From contig CAWIPH010000002.1 in the NCBI GenBank assembly GCA_963837955.1, forward strand, positions 4,096,001 through 4,160,000: a stretch of DNA of 64,000 bases, in the 5' to 3' direction. The stretch's first letter is position 1. The number at the start of each line of letters is the position of its first letter. The notes beneath the pieces are model-generated. The model saw only the letters and a list, made by a program, of their open reading frames with translations, did no database searches and was not told where the DNA came from. This DNA comes from an uncultured Verrucomicrobiae bacterium (lineage in GTDB: Bacteria > Verrucomicrobiota > Verrucomicrobiia > Chthoniobacterales > JAFAMB01). The translations under genes were made by a program, and so were the position numbers. Shown piece by piece: positions 30,686 to 41,339 of this stretch.

Positions 30686-32770
30686 TTACCGGAACATAAT
30701 TGGGATAATCAAGATAGCGACGATGTTCGCCACTTTAATCATCGGGTTAATCGCCGGTCCCGCCGTGTCCTTGTAAGGATCACCCACCGTATCGCCCGTC
30801 ACGGCTGCTTGATGAGCAGCGGAGCCTTTACCTCCGTGATTCCCCTCTTCGATGTATTTCTTCGCGTTGTCCCAGGCACCTCCTCCGGATGTCATTGAAA
30901 TAGCCACAAACAAACCAGTAACGATAGTTCCTACCAAAACTGCACCAAGAACCACGTATCCGAAAAACGCGGCGACAATTACAAACAGTACGGGCAGCAA
31001 CGCTGGAACAATCATTTCGCGCAAAGCAGCTTTCGTGACGATATCGACACAAGCACCATATTCCGGAACGTCCGTGCCTTTGAGAATGCCAGGTTTCGCC
31101 GCCAGTTGCCTACGTACTTCTTTGACCACCGCGCCCGCGGTCTTGCCCACCGCTTCCATGCTTAACGCGCTAAAGAGGAACGGAAGCAACCCGCCCAGAA
31201 ACAGACCAATGATGATCTGCGGCCGTTCGAGCGAGAATTCGGATGGTTCCAAGTCGTGCATGCCAGCCTGACCGAAGTGCGCGCGCAGCTCCGCGACGTA
31301 AGACCCGAAGAGAACGAGCGCGGCCAGTCCGGCTGAAGCGATAGCATACCCTTTGGTAACCGCCTTCATGGTATTACCCACGGCGTCGAGTTCATCAGTC
31401 ACCATCCGCACCTCCTTCGGCAACTCGCTCATTACCGCCACGCCACCGGCGTTGTCGGTAATGGGGCCAAACGCGTCGAGCGAAATGATGATCCCCGCCA
31501 TCGATAACATGCTGGTAACGGCGATGGCGATTCCGTACAGGCCGGCGAAGTGATAGCTGGCCAAGATAGCTAATGCGATAGAGACCACCGGTAAGGCCGT
31601 GGCGTGTTGCCCGATGGCCAGACCCGCTATGATGTTAGTCGCGTGACCTGTTTCAGAAGCACGGGCAATCTTCCGAACCGGGCTATACGCAGTTGAGGTA
31701 TAATAATTGGTGATTGCCACGATGACACCGGTCATTAACAAACCGACTAGCGCTGCCAGATAAATTTCCTGGGACGAATGAGTCTGATCACCAATTTGAA
31801 TCGTTTGGGGAAACATAAGCATCGTCACCGGCCAGTACAAAACCGCGGAGACCAGCGCACTCGCGACTACCGCTTCCACTAACACCCGCCCTGGATCAGT
31901 CTTTCGAAAATTCACATAGAGGATCCCGGCAATTGCCCCGATGACCGAAATTCCGCCTAACAGAAAAGGATAAACCACCGCCTCGGGTGTGTTCCGCATA
32001 GTCAAAAAGCCAACCAAAATTGCACCGATGACGCTGACGGCATAGGTCTCAAACACGTCGGCAGCCATTCCGGCACAATCTCCAACGTTATCGCCCACGT
32101 TATCGGCTATGGTTGCAGGATTTCTCGGATCGTCTTCTTCCAGGTTGCTTTCGATTTTCCCTACTAAATCGGCCCCTACATCAGCCGCTTTCGTGTAAAT
32201 CCCGCCACCAAGTCGGGCAAAGACGCTGATAAGGCTCGCTCCCAAAGCAAGGCCGACCAGACTACTAACTGCTTTCTCGGCGGATAAGACCGAACTACAA
32301 ATCAAATAAAACAGTCCGACCGAGAGCAGCGCGAGACCGACAACCAAAAGACCGGTTACTGCCCCACCGTTGAAAGCCACTCTCAGGGCACTCTCGCGTG
32401 ATTTCGTCGCAGCTTGGGCGGTCCGACAATTTGAAATAACAGCAACCCGCATCCCGACGTACCCGGCCAACATCGAGCACACCGCTCCTATGCTAAACCC
32501 TATGGCGGTAAACAAATCACGGGTAAATACCAGTAGAACAAAAATCACCACCGCGATTATGCTGACGGAAATAATTTGTCGGTTCAGATAAGCCTTCGCT
32601 CCCTCCTCAATGGCCGCAGCTATCTGTCGCATCCGATCGTTTCCCGGAGACAGCGCGAAAATCATTCTGATCAAATAGAGTGCTGCGCCTAGACCAATAA
32701 TCGCACAGATAAGCGCAAACCAGATCCCGGATTGTAGGAGGAAACTCGTGGCTAAGGAGGGAACAATCAT
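30686..32770 (-). CDS. hppA: Membrane-bound cation-translocating pyrophosphatase, K+-independent signature
   Basis: [37 protein letters not shown]. Confidence 0.96.
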   Translation of the reverse strand: MIVPSLATSFLLQSGIWFALICAIIGLGAALYLIRMIFALSPGNDRMRQIAAAIEEGAKAYLNRQIISVSIIAVVIFVLLVFTRDLFTAIGFSIGAVCSMLAGYVGMRVAVISNCRTAQAATKSRESALRVAFNGGAVTGLLVVGLALLSVGLFYLICSSVLSAEKAVSSLVGLALGASLISVFARLGGGIYTKAADVGADLVGKIESNLEEDDPRNPATIADNVGDNVGDCAGMAADVFETYAVSVIGAILVGFLTMRNTPEAVVYPFLLGGISVIGAIAGILYVNFRKTDPGRVLVEAVVASALVSAVLYWPVTMLMFPQTIQIGDQTHSSQEIYLAALVGLLMTGVIVAITNYYTSTAYSPVRKIARASETGHATNIIAGLAIGQHATALPVVSIALAILASYHFAGLYGIAIAVTSMLSMAGIIISLDAFGPITDNAGGVAVMSELPKEVRMVTDELDAVGNTMKAVTKGYAIASAGLAALVLFGSYVAELRAHFGQAGMHDLEPSEFSLERPQIIIGLFLGGLLPFLFSALSMEAVGKTAGAVVKEVRRQLAAKPGILKGTDVPEYGACVDIVTKAALREMIVPALLPVLFVIVAAFFGYVVLGAVLVGTIVTGLFVAISMTSGGGAWDNAKKYIEEGNHGGKGSAAHQAAVTGDTVGDPYKDTAGPAINPMIKVANIVAILIIPIMFR

Positions 32771-33006
32771 ATTACTGGATAAAAGTACAACAGATGGCTA
32801 AGCAGAGGCATTTTTGCAAACACAAGTAATTAGTAAGATAAAAGTGGGTTTATAATCGTAGAATCAGCGGGACCACCGTGAATGATCGCGCCAGAATCGT
32901 CCGCCAGACGATCAAAAGCGGACGGCGGCCATAAACGGCATTCGCAGAAGCAAAGCAGTCAGTCTAACACAAGTGAATCTGCTTTCTTCATTCGCTGCAC
33001 TTCAAA

Positions 33007-33903
33007 TCAACGGGCCACTGCGGCAATAATAGCTTTTTGGGCGTGAAGTCTGTTCTCAGCTTGAGAAAATATCGTGGTCGCATTTGCTTCCAAAATCGAA
33101 TCGGTGATTTCTTTACTCCGGTAAGCCGGGAGGCAATGCATAACCAGAGCTTGCGGCCCAGCTAGTCTGACCAATGCCTCGTTAATTTGAAATTCGGCCA
33201 AGTCAGAGTATCGGCCTTCGCTTTCCGCTTCTTTACCCATGCTCACCCACACATCGGTATAGAGTACGTTAGCTCCCGCACCTGCTTCCTTTAAATTGCC
33301 GGTGAACGAGATCTTCGGACTTTTCACTCGTTTCTTTAGGGCTTCCGATGGTTGGTATTTCTGGGGAGCCGCGATTCGAAGCTCGAACCCCAAGTGTTCG
33401 GCCGCCCAAATCCAAGAACGAGTTACATTGGAATCGCCGTCACCAACAAAGCAAAGTCGTAGATCATCGATGGTGCCGCGTTGTTCCAAAATCGTGAATA
33501 AATCCGCCACGATTTGACAGGGGTGTTCCTCGTCGGTCAATGCATTGATCGTAGGAATTCCGCTATAATTTGCGAATGATTCGAGATCGGCCTGAGCAAA
33601 CGTCCGAATTACCGCTCCGTGAACCATCCGACCTAATACCCGAGCCGTGTCGATAATCGGTTCCCCCCGCCCAAGCTGAAGGTCGTTCTGCGAGAGAAAT
33701 ATTACATTAGCTCCCAACTCTCGCAGCCCAACTTCAAAGCTTACCCGGGTACGGGTCGACGGTTTGTTGAACATCAACGCCCAAGTCTGTCCAGTAAGCA
33801 GCGATGCGGATTGACCGCGTGTCGCCTTGAATCTTTGCGTATCCTCCAGCAACCGTAGTAGCTCTGCCCGGTTTGAGTTTTCGACCGAAAGGAAATTCGT
33901 CAT
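33007..33903 (-). CDS. argF: Ornithine carbamoyltransferase
   Basis: STRTR, HPCQ, SMG, HCLP. Confidence 0.97.
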   Translation of the reverse strand: MTNFLSVENSNRAELLRLLEDTQRFKATRGQSASLLTGQTWALMFNKPSTRTRVSFEVGLRELGANVIFLSQNDLQLGRGEPIIDTARVLGRMVHGAVIRTFAQADLESFANYSGIPTINALTDEEHPCQIVADLFTILEQRGTIDDLRLCFVGDGDSNVTRSWIWAAEHLGFELRIAAPQKYQPSEALKKRVKSPKISFTGNLKEAGAGANVLYTDVWVSMGKEAESEGRYSDLAEFQINEALVRLAGPQALVMHCLPAYRSKEITDSILEANATTIFSQAENRLHAQKAIIAAVAR

Positions 33904-35177
33904 CGGCCCCAAAAACTTTGCAATGTCCGATCCAGAATATTCACCGCCTCAAGTATATCGGCCTCCTCGACGATCAGGGGCGGCAGCCATCTGACTACCG
34001 TTGAACCGGCCGGGGCGGTCAACAAACCATTCCGCATCAAAGCGGTGACCACGGTTTGAGCAATGGTTTTACCCTGGGAAGCATGGCTCGCTAATTCTGC
34101 GTCTAACTCGATCCCAATCATCAAGCCAAGTCCGCGCACTTCCTTAACGCCTCGAACCTTTCTGATCCGCTCCACCGCCAAGCTGCCTAGTTTGGCCGCA
34201 CGCTCGACCAAACGCTCCTCTTCGATCGTCTGGAGGACCGCTAGCGATACAGCACAGGCTAACGGCGTGCCGCCATACGTCGTACCATGGCTACCAGGTT
34301 GAAACAGATCACATAGCTGAATCTCGCTTCCGTCGGATCTTTGGATCGCTTTCGCCCGGAACCAAGTAGCGCCCAACGGAAAGCCACCGCCAATCCCCTT
34401 GGCCCAGCTCACCGCGTCCGGTATGACCTCCGGCGCGATTGCTTTCCATCCGCACCAATGGCCGACCCGACCGAGGCCACACTGAATCTCGTCGAACATG
34501 AGCAAAATGCCGTGCTCATCGCACAATCGTCTCAATCCGACCAAAAACTCACTCGAAGCCGCATGTATGCCCCCTTCGCCCTGAAAAGCTTCCAATAGAA
34601 TCCCCATTGTTTGGTCGGAGATGGCTGCCTCAACCGCCGCCAGGTCGTTAAAAGGCAAATGCCGAAATCCAGCCAGCAACGGAGCAAAGCCGGTCTTTAC
34701 CTTTTCTTGACCCGTCGCCGAAATTCCGGCCATTGTTCGGCCGTGAAACGAGCGTTCGAACGTTAGTATCTCTACTCGGCTTCCTGAATCTTTTGCCGTG
34801 GATTTACACTCATTTCCGTACTTCCGAGCAGCCTTGAATAATGCTTCGTTCGCTTCCGCTCCACTGTTGGAGAAAAAGACCTTGCCCGGAGACCCCACTA
34901 ACTCTACGAGGCGCTTGGCCAATCGGCCCTGCGGCTCGGTGTAATAGAGATTGGAGGTATGAATGAGCGTTTCGGCCTGTTGACTCAATACTTGGACCAT
35001 TTTGGGGTGCGCATGACCCAAAGTGGACACAGCTATGCCAGCACCAAAATCGAGATAGCTATTCCCCGCGTCGTCCCAAACCCGAACGCCTTCGCCGCGT
35101 GTCAAGACCACGTCGTAGCGGCCGTAGCACGGCACTACATAATCAGTAAAAAGCTGTTTCGTAGTCGATTCCTTCAT
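33900..35177 (-). CDS. argD: Acetylornithine aminotransferase
   Basis: SGAEANE, FHGRT, DEIQCG, AKGIGGG, HGTTYGG; in the arg cluster. Confidence 0.93.
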   Translation of the reverse strand: MKESTTKQLFTDYVVPCYGRYDVVLTRGEGVRVWDDAGNSYLDFGAGIAVSTLGHAHPKMVQVLSQQAETLIHTSNLYYTEPQGRLAKRLVELVGSPGKVFFSNSGAEANEALFKAARKYGNECKSTAKDSGSRVEILTFERSFHGRTMAGISATGQEKVKTGFAPLLAGFRHLPFNDLAAVEAAISDQTMGILLEAFQGEGGIHAASSEFLVGLRRLCDEHGILLMFDEIQCGLGRVGHWCGWKAIAPEVIPDAVSWAKGIGGGFPLGATWFRAKAIQRSDGSEIQLCDLFQPGSHGTTYGGTPLACAVSLAVLQTIEEERLVERAAKLGSLAVERIRKVRGVKEVRGLGLMIGIELDAELASHASQGKTIAQTVVTALMRNGLLTAPAGSTVVRWLPPLIVEEADILEAVNILDRTLQSFWGR

Positions 35178-35350
35178 CTCCTGAAAGGCGCTACCATAAC
35201 GCGTTGCCGCGGCGGCACAAGAGACACTCTACGATCAGGTGCGAGTCGACATTAACGGACGCGAATTTAGGGGTACCCTCATTCGTGTCTATTCCTACCG
35301 ATCAGTGTCTCAAAAGTATCAAGCTAATCCGTTTCCACGGAGGAGCGGGC

Positions 35351-36226
35351 TCAGGCCACGATTTCCGTACCGATTCCGTCGGCCGTGAAAATCTCTAGAA
35401 GGAGAGCGTGCGGAATTCTGCCGTCAATCAGGTGTACTTTCGATACGCCGTGATCGATCGCGGCCAAAGCGGACTGTACCTTGGGAATCATGCCTCCTTC
35501 AATGATTCCGTCTTCGGTCAATTGACGGATTCCAGCCGGGTTGAGTGTCGGTATCAACGAAGAGGGATCTTTGACATTGCGCATTACCCCCAGCACATCG
35601 CTGACATAGATCATCTTCGAAGCCTTCACGGCCCCAGCTAGCGCGCCGGCACCTAGGTCGGCGTTCACATTGAGAATCACCCCGTCTTCGGATTGGGCGA
35701 TAGGAGAGATAACCGGAACAACCTCTCGCTCGATCGCTTCGCTGACTCGCTCAAGCCGGAGCGAAACGACTTCTCCGACCAGTCCGACGTCGACGACTTT
35801 TTTGCCGTCGGATTGCGGAGCCACTTTTTTAGCCACAAAAACTTCTCGCCCGGAAAATCCTTCGGCCTTTCCTCCGAATTCATTCATCGCGGCGACGATT
35901 CGAGGCCGAATAAGCCGATCGAGCACGTCCTCCACAATCACAATCGCTTGCTCATCCGTCACTCGGAGCCCGTTGACAAAACGGGGAACTTGGCCGGCTT
36001 CCCGCATGCGCTGCGTGATGGCCTTACCACCGCCATGGATGAGGACGGGATTGATTCCAACCGTCTCGAGAAAGACTACGTCTCGGAGCAGCCGTTCGAT
36101 GAGGTGGTCATCCTCCATCGCGCTGCCGCCATATTTAATAACAAAAGTCTGACCCCGGAATTTTTGGATGAACGGTAGAGCATCCAGCAAAGCCTCTGCC
36201 CGCCCAGAATCGAGTTTCTTTTCCAT
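35351..36226 (-). CDS. argB: Acetylglutamate kinase
   Basis: KYGGSAM, HGGG, GLRVTD, NVNAD, GGMIPK. Confidence 0.97.
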   Translation of the reverse strand: MEKKLDSGRAEALLDALPFIQKFRGQTFVIKYGGSAMEDDHLIERLLRDVVFLETVGINPVLIHGGGKAITQRMREAGQVPRFVNGLRVTDEQAIVIVEDVLDRLIRPRIVAAMNEFGGKAEGFSGREVFVAKKVAPQSDGKKVVDVGLVGEVVSLRLERVSEAIEREVVPVISPIAQSEDGVILNVNADLGAGALAGAVKASKMIYVSDVLGVMRNVKDPSSLIPTLNPAGIRQLTEDGIIEGGMIPKVQSALAAIDHGVSKVHLIDGRIPHALLLEIFTADGIGTEIVA

Positions 36227-36247
36227 TACAAATTACTTCCTTCATCA

Positions 36248-37462
36248 CTACTCGCCCATATTCAGTTTCACGTATTCTGGGGTTAGATCGGTAGTGAATA
36301 CATTGTATTCAGCTGAGCCTAGATGAAGGTCAATGGTAACAGTAAATTTTTTATTGCTTAAGATTTCTTTGATTTTGTGCGGAGGCGTCGAGCTGGCGAT
36401 TCCGTGCTCGACGGCGACGACGCCATTGAAAAAGATATCAATCATCTCTTCCTGCACCTTGGCAGATGAATAGCCAACGGCGCCCATGATCCGGCCCCAG
36501 TTGGGGTCCTCACCGTACCAACTGCTCTTAACTAGGTTCGAGTTGGCCACCGCCTCAGCAACCTTCCGCGCGTCCTGGTATGTGGCAGCACCTTTGACTT
36601 GGAGTTCCACGAACTTGCTGACACCTTCTCCGTCCTCGACGATCATTCGCGCAAGGTTCCGCGTGATGTAGTCGAGTCCCGCCGCGAAATACGAAGACTC
36701 TTCCTGTTCAAGGCCCAGCGGTGGATTGCCAGCCATCCCGTTAGCCAGACAAATGGCGGTATCGTTTGTACTCATATCGCCGTCGATAGTGATGCAGTTA
36801 AAGGATTGCTCGACGCTAACGGAAAAAAGTTTCTGGAGTATCCGCTTTGGAATTACCGCATCAGTTGTAATTACACAAAGCATCGTCGCCATGTTCGGAT
36901 CGATCATGCCTGCTCCTTTGGCAGCTCCCCCAATCCGGACCTTTGCTCCGGCAATACTCATTTCGATTGCGATCTCTTTGGCAAACGTGTCCGACGTCAT
37001 GATAGCACGTGCAAATGCCGCACCTTGATCGGTCGTGAGCTCGTCGACTAATTTTGGAATTGCTCCTTCAATTCGCTCAATCGGCAATGGTATTCCGATC
37101 CGTCCGGTGGAGCAGACCAACACCTGTCGTTCCTTCCAGCGCCCCTCCTTAGCTACCACCTGCGCCATTCTCTTGGCATGCTGGATACCGGTTGAACCGG
37201 TGCAAGCGTTGGCGTTACCGCTATTGATGATGACTGCCCGGGTTTCGCTCGAACGTATATGCTTCGCCGAAACCCTTACCGGAGCAGCTTTTATCTTATT
37301 CGTGGTAAAGGTAGCCGCAGCGACCGCCGGTACGGTGGAAGCGACGAGCGCCAGATCCGCAACTGCGTGACCATGTTCCTTAACGCCACACCAGGTAGCC
37401 GAAGCCGTGAAACCAAGCGGAGCGGTAATGCCTCCAGTAATCTCAGAGAAACCCAAAGCCAT
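36248..37462 (-). CDS. argJ: Ornithine acetyltransferase / N-acetylglutamate synthase
   Basis: NSGNANACTG, KGAGMIDPNMATML, DGDMSTND, DGEG, DPNWGRI. Confidence 0.97.
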   Translation of the reverse strand: MALGFSEITGGITAPLGFTASATWCGVKEHGHAVADLALVASTVPAVAAATFTTNKIKAAPVRVSAKHIRSSETRAVIINSGNANACTGSTGIQHAKRMAQVVAKEGRWKERQVLVCSTGRIGIPLPIERIEGAIPKLVDELTTDQGAAFARAIMTSDTFAKEIAIEMSIAGAKVRIGGAAKGAGMIDPNMATMLCVITTDAVIPKRILQKLFSVSVEQSFNCITIDGDMSTNDTAICLANGMAGNPPLGLEQEESSYFAAGLDYITRNLARMIVEDGEGVSKFVELQVKGAATYQDARKVAEAVANSNLVKSSWYGEDPNWGRIMGAVGYSSAKVQEEMIDIFFNGVVAVEHGIASSTPPHKIKEILSNKKFTVTIDLHLGSAEYNVFTTDLTPEYVKLNMGE

Positions 37463-37617
37463 GTTCGGTTGCTTTGATTCGTTTACTGCAGCCGACGTTT
37501 TCTGCCGAGAGAATTGTAGTTAAAATTGCAATAGCACCCGAAAGCCAATCCAATGATTGGCAGGCCAATCGTATTCTAGCGCCTATATTGCGAGGGTCTG
37601 ACGCAGTGCCGTCCGGG

Positions 37618-38652
37618 TCAGCTTAGGCCGATGCCCTCTTCCCAGCCCAGCATGATATTCAGGCATTGAATGGCTTGGCCGGCTGCCCCCTTCATCAGGT
37701 TGTCGAGGGCCGACATCAAAATTATCTTTCCGGTGCGGGAATCGACCCGCCAAGCGATCTCGACCCCATTAGAATGGGCAACGTTCTTAACATCGGGATA
37801 TCGGTCGCTCCCGAGAAGCCGGACGAATCGGTCGCTGCCATACGCCTTTGCATAGGCCTCGCTGATTTGCTCTTCGTTGGCATTGCCATCCGCATGGATC
37901 GTCGTCAAAATTCCTCGGTTTAGAGGGACCAGGTGCGGCGCAAACTGGATTTTGGTCTCCCGGCCCGCCGCCAGCGAAATCTCTTGTTCGATCTCAGATA
38001 AGTGACGGTGGAGCGGTAGCCCGTACGGTCTGGCGCTCTCGTTGCATTCGACGAAAAGCAATTCGATCTCTGCTTTTCGGCCAGCTCCGCTGACCCCGCT
38101 CATACTCGCTGCTACGATAGAATCGGCTCGAATCAAACCCGCTCGAACCAGCGGGAGAACCGGCAGCAGTATACTCGTGGGATAACATCCAGGACACGCC
38201 ACCAGTTCAGCTGTACGGATTCGGTCCCGGTAGATTTCCGCCAACCCATAGATCGCCCGATTGAGAAGCGCCTTGGCCGGATGATCTTTACGATAAAATT
38301 CGCGATACACCTGCGGATCACGGGTTCGAAAGTCCGCGCTCAAATCCAAAACCCGGATTCCGGCGTCCAACAAGGGACCAACGAATTCCGACGCAACTCC
38401 ATGCGGTAGGGCCAGGAAAGCAGCAGCCACGTTTTTTCCTTCCAAACTGGCTATTTCAGGAGGGGCGAACCGCAATTCTGCCACCGGACTCCGCGGATCC
38501 ATCCACGGAAATAGATCGGACGCTTTCTTCTCTACATGCTGCCGAGAAGTGAGGCCAACGATCCGAACGTGGGGATGCTGGATCAAGCGACGAACGAGTT
38601 CTTCCCCGGAATACCCGCTTGCTCCAAAGACTACTACGTTGGTCTGATTCAT
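37618..38652 (-). CDS. argC: N-acetyl-gamma-glutamyl-phosphate reductase
   Basis: GASGYSG, DLSADFR, PGCYPT, SGVSGAGR, DNLMKGAAGQA. Confidence 0.97.
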   Translation of the reverse strand: MNQTNVVVFGASGYSGEELVRRLIQHPHVRIVGLTSRQHVEKKASDLFPWMDPRSPVAELRFAPPEIASLEGKNVAAAFLALPHGVASEFVGPLLDAGIRVLDLSADFRTRDPQVYREFYRKDHPAKALLNRAIYGLAEIYRDRIRTAELVACPGCYPTSILLPVLPLVRAGLIRADSIVAASMSGVSGAGRKAEIELLFVECNESARPYGLPLHRHLSEIEQEISLAAGRETKIQFAPHLVPLNRGILTTIHADGNANEEQISEAYAKAYGSDRFVRLLGSDRYPDVKNVAHSNGVEIAWRVDSRTGKIILMSALDNLMKGAAGQAIQCLNIMLGWEEGIGLS

Positions 38653-38834
38653 TAAGATAGGTCGGCTACAGGCAAATAGACACCATAGCCACTCGCTATT
38701 CATTGGAAAGTCCGCCGATTCAGGAAAGTGCCCTGCATGGTTTGAGACTTAGGCCGGCTATCGATTTTGCGGGCGATGCAAAATCCACGCTAGTTTTCCG
38801 AAATGCTACGTGTAGCTTCCGGGTCTCCGATACG

Positions 38835-40712
38835 ATGTCTGAGCAACGAAAAACTCTGAATGAGCGGCAGGGTATGACCGACCTGGAGCGGCTTCGGCAT
38901 TCGTGTGCCCACGTCCTGGCTTCCGCTATCCTGCGCATCTGGCCACAAGCTCAATTCGCAGCAGGACCGCCGGTAGAGAATGGATTTTACTACGATCTCG
39001 AACTCGACCATCGGATCTCCCTCGAAGACTTCGAGCGGATCGAGGCGGAGATGAAGAAAATCGTGAAGGAGAATCAGCCTTTCGAAAGGATCGAAGTAAG
39101 TCGAGAGCAAGCTTTCGAGATGGCCCGAGAGGGCCGTCTAGCTGCCCTAAGTCCACGCGAGCAGCCAAGCAAATTTAAACTCGATATCTTAGAAAATATT
39201 CCAAAAGACGAGGCAATCACACTCTACCGGAACGGTGATTTTACCGATCTTTGCGCCGGGCCACACGTACTGCGCACAGGCAATGTTGGCGCATTCAAAT
39301 TAACAAGCGTGGCCAGCGCCTACTACAAAGGGGATGCGAATAATCCGCAGCTTCAACGAGTGTACGGGACGGCTTTCAAAAACCGGACGGAGTTAGATGC
39401 TCACTTTGCTCAACTCGAGGAAGCAAAAAAGCGTGATCATCGGAAACTCGGCCGCGAGCAAGGCCTTTTTCATATTGATGAACAAGTCGGACAGGGACTC
39501 ATCCTTTGGAAGCCCAAAGGAGCAATCATTCGGCAGGAACTTCAAACCTTTATCGGAGAAGAGTTGCGCAAGCAGGGGTACTCCGAAGTATTTACTCCGC
39601 ACATCGGGAAACTCGACCTTTATCGGACGTCGGGCCACTATCCTTACTACCGCGAGTCGCAATTCCCGCCGCTCATCGAGCCGGAGGCACTGAAACGCCT
39701 AGCTGACGAGGGTTGTAGCTGTGCCACGCTCGTCAACTTGCTCGAAAAAGGGGATCTCGACGGATATTTGCTCAAGCCGATGAACTGCCCGATGCACATC
39801 AAAATCTACGCGTCGGAACTTCGCTCTTATCGCGACTTGCCAGTGAGGCTATCTGAGTTTGGAACCGTCTACCGCTGGGAGCAATCAGGAGAGCTGGGAG
39901 GGATGACCAGAGTGCGCGGCTTTACCCAGGATGATGGGCACATTTTTTGCACCGAGGAACAGCTCCCAAATGAGCTTCTGCAGTGCCTGGCTCTCGGCCT
40001 CAATGTACTACGGACGCTCGGGTTGGATCAATTTCGCGCCAGACTCGGCTTGAGGGATCCCGACTCTTCTAAGTATATCGGTAGCCCTGCCCAATGGGAT
40101 AAAGCGGAATCGGCGTTGCAACAAATAGCAGCAAAGGCTGGGATCTCCTACACCGTCGAAGAAGGTGAAGCGGCATTTTATGGGCCAAAAATCGATTTCA
40201 TCGTGAAAGACGTGATCGGTCGTGATTGGCAACTGGGGACCATTCAGGTCGATTACAATTTGCCGGAACGATTTAACCTAAGCTATATCGACTCTGACAA
40301 CTCCCCGAAGCGGCCAGTCATGATTCATCGAGCTCCGTTTGGATCGCTCGAACGATTTTGCGGACTTCTGATCGAGCATTTTGCTGGCGCCTTCCCGCTT
40401 TGGTTGGCGCCAGAACAGGTCCGAGTACTACCTATTTCCGAAAAGCATCTGCCGTATGGCAGACAAATATTGTCGGAATTAAACGGAGCTAAAATTCGGG
40501 CTTCTCTCGACGAAAGTTCCGACAAGATTGGAGCTAAAATTCGGCTTGCTCAGCTCGAAAAGGTCCCCTATATGTTGGTCCTCGGCGCACGAGAAGAACA
40601 AGTCGGCGAAGTGGCTGTGCGCAGTCGTTTCCGCGGTGATGAGGGAGCTGTGAGTGCGCCGTTTTTTTTGGAAAGAATTCAGACGGAAATTAAAGATCGA
40701 AAACTTGATTAA
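38835..40712 (+). CDS. thrS: Threonine--tRNA ligase
   Basis: RHSCAH, DLCAGPH, RDHRKLG, KPMNCP, RVRGFTQDD, HRA. Confidence 0.98.
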   Translation: MSEQRKTLNERQGMTDLERLRHSCAHVLASAILRIWPQAQFAAGPPVENGFYYDLELDHRISLEDFERIEAEMKKIVKENQPFERIEVSREQAFEMAREGRLAALSPREQPSKFKLDILENIPKDEAITLYRNGDFTDLCAGPHVLRTGNVGAFKLTSVASAYYKGDANNPQLQRVYGTAFKNRTELDAHFAQLEEAKKRDHRKLGREQGLFHIDEQVGQGLILWKPKGAIIRQELQTFIGEELRKQGYSEVFTPHIGKLDLYRTSGHYPYYRESQFPPLIEPEALKRLADEGCSCATLVNLLEKGDLDGYLLKPMNCPMHIKIYASELRSYRDLPVRLSEFGTVYRWEQSGELGGMTRVRGFTQDDGHIFCTEEQLPNELLQCLALGLNVLRTLGLDQFRARLGLRDPDSSKYIGSPAQWDKAESALQQIAAKAGISYTVEEGEAAFYGPKIDFIVKDVIGRDWQLGTIQVDYNLPERFNLSYIDSDNSPKRPVMIHRAPFGSLERFCGLLIEHFAGAFPLWLAPEQVRVLPISEKHLPYGRQILSELNGAKIRASLDESSDKIGAKIRLAQLEKVPYMLVLGAREEQVGEVAVRSRFRGDEGAVSAPFFLERIQTEIKDRKLD

Positions 40713-40757
40713 GCGAGGTGGTCAGCTCCCGGTCTCGCTTTCTAGGAGAATAGTTTT

Positions 40758-41339
40758 ATTCAGCAACAGCAGATTCGAGTAAATGGCCGAATTCGCGCGC
40801 GCGAAGTCCGGGTCATCTTGGGAGCAACCAACGAACAGTTGGGCATCATGAAGATTCAGGACGCGCTGCGGAAAGCGCAGTCTATCGGCTTGGACTTGGT
40901 GGAAGTAGCGCCTAGCGCGAATCCGCCGGTGTGTAAGATCGTAGATTTCGGAAAATATCGTTACGATCTCTCGAAACAGGATAAGGATCGGAAGTCGTCC
41001 GGATCGAGGCTCAAAGAGATCAAGTTCCGCGTTAATATCGATCCGCACGACTACATGATCAAAGTGCGTCACGCCGAAGAATTTCTGGAGAAAGGAAACA
41101 AGGTGAAGGCGCAGCTGCAGTTCCGCGGACGCGAACTCAGTCACAAAGAGCTTGGGTACCAGCTGATGACTCGACTCAAAGATGATTTGACGACGATGGG
41201 ACAGGCTGAAATGGAGCCCAAGCTCATGGGCAAAAGCATTAGCATGACGATCGCTCCTCTGCCGGCTAGCAAGCGAAAGCGCCGGTTCGCGCCCCCCGAT
41301 GAAGCACTTCCCCCGGAACCTCCCGACTCGGAGGAATGA
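40758..41339 (+). CDS. infC: Translation initiation factor IF-3 (ATT start)
   Basis: In-frame ATT at 40758 after AGGAG (40744-40748); RVNGRIRAREVRVI, DLVEVAP, FRGRE. Confidence 0.95.
   Translation: MQQQQIRVNGRIRAREVRVILGATNEQLGIMKIQDALRKAQSIGLDLVEVAPSANPPVCKIVDFGKYRYDLSKQDKDRKSSGSRLKEIKFRVNIDPHDYMIKVRHAEEFLEKGNKVKAQLQFRGRELSHKELGYQLMTRLKDDLTTMGQAEMEPKLMGKSISMTIAPLPASKRKRRFAPPDEALPPEPPDSEE

Noticed and set aside
30399..30776. ORFs with (ESYATH)n or (MGRIGL)n repeats
   Set aside because: These are translations of the 18-bp DNA repeat and overlap real genes.
38703..38834. Extended N-terminus of thrS (likewise argC, purL, purS) in the ORF track
   Set aside because: Downstream ATGs fit the family N-termini and stop-start overlaps better.
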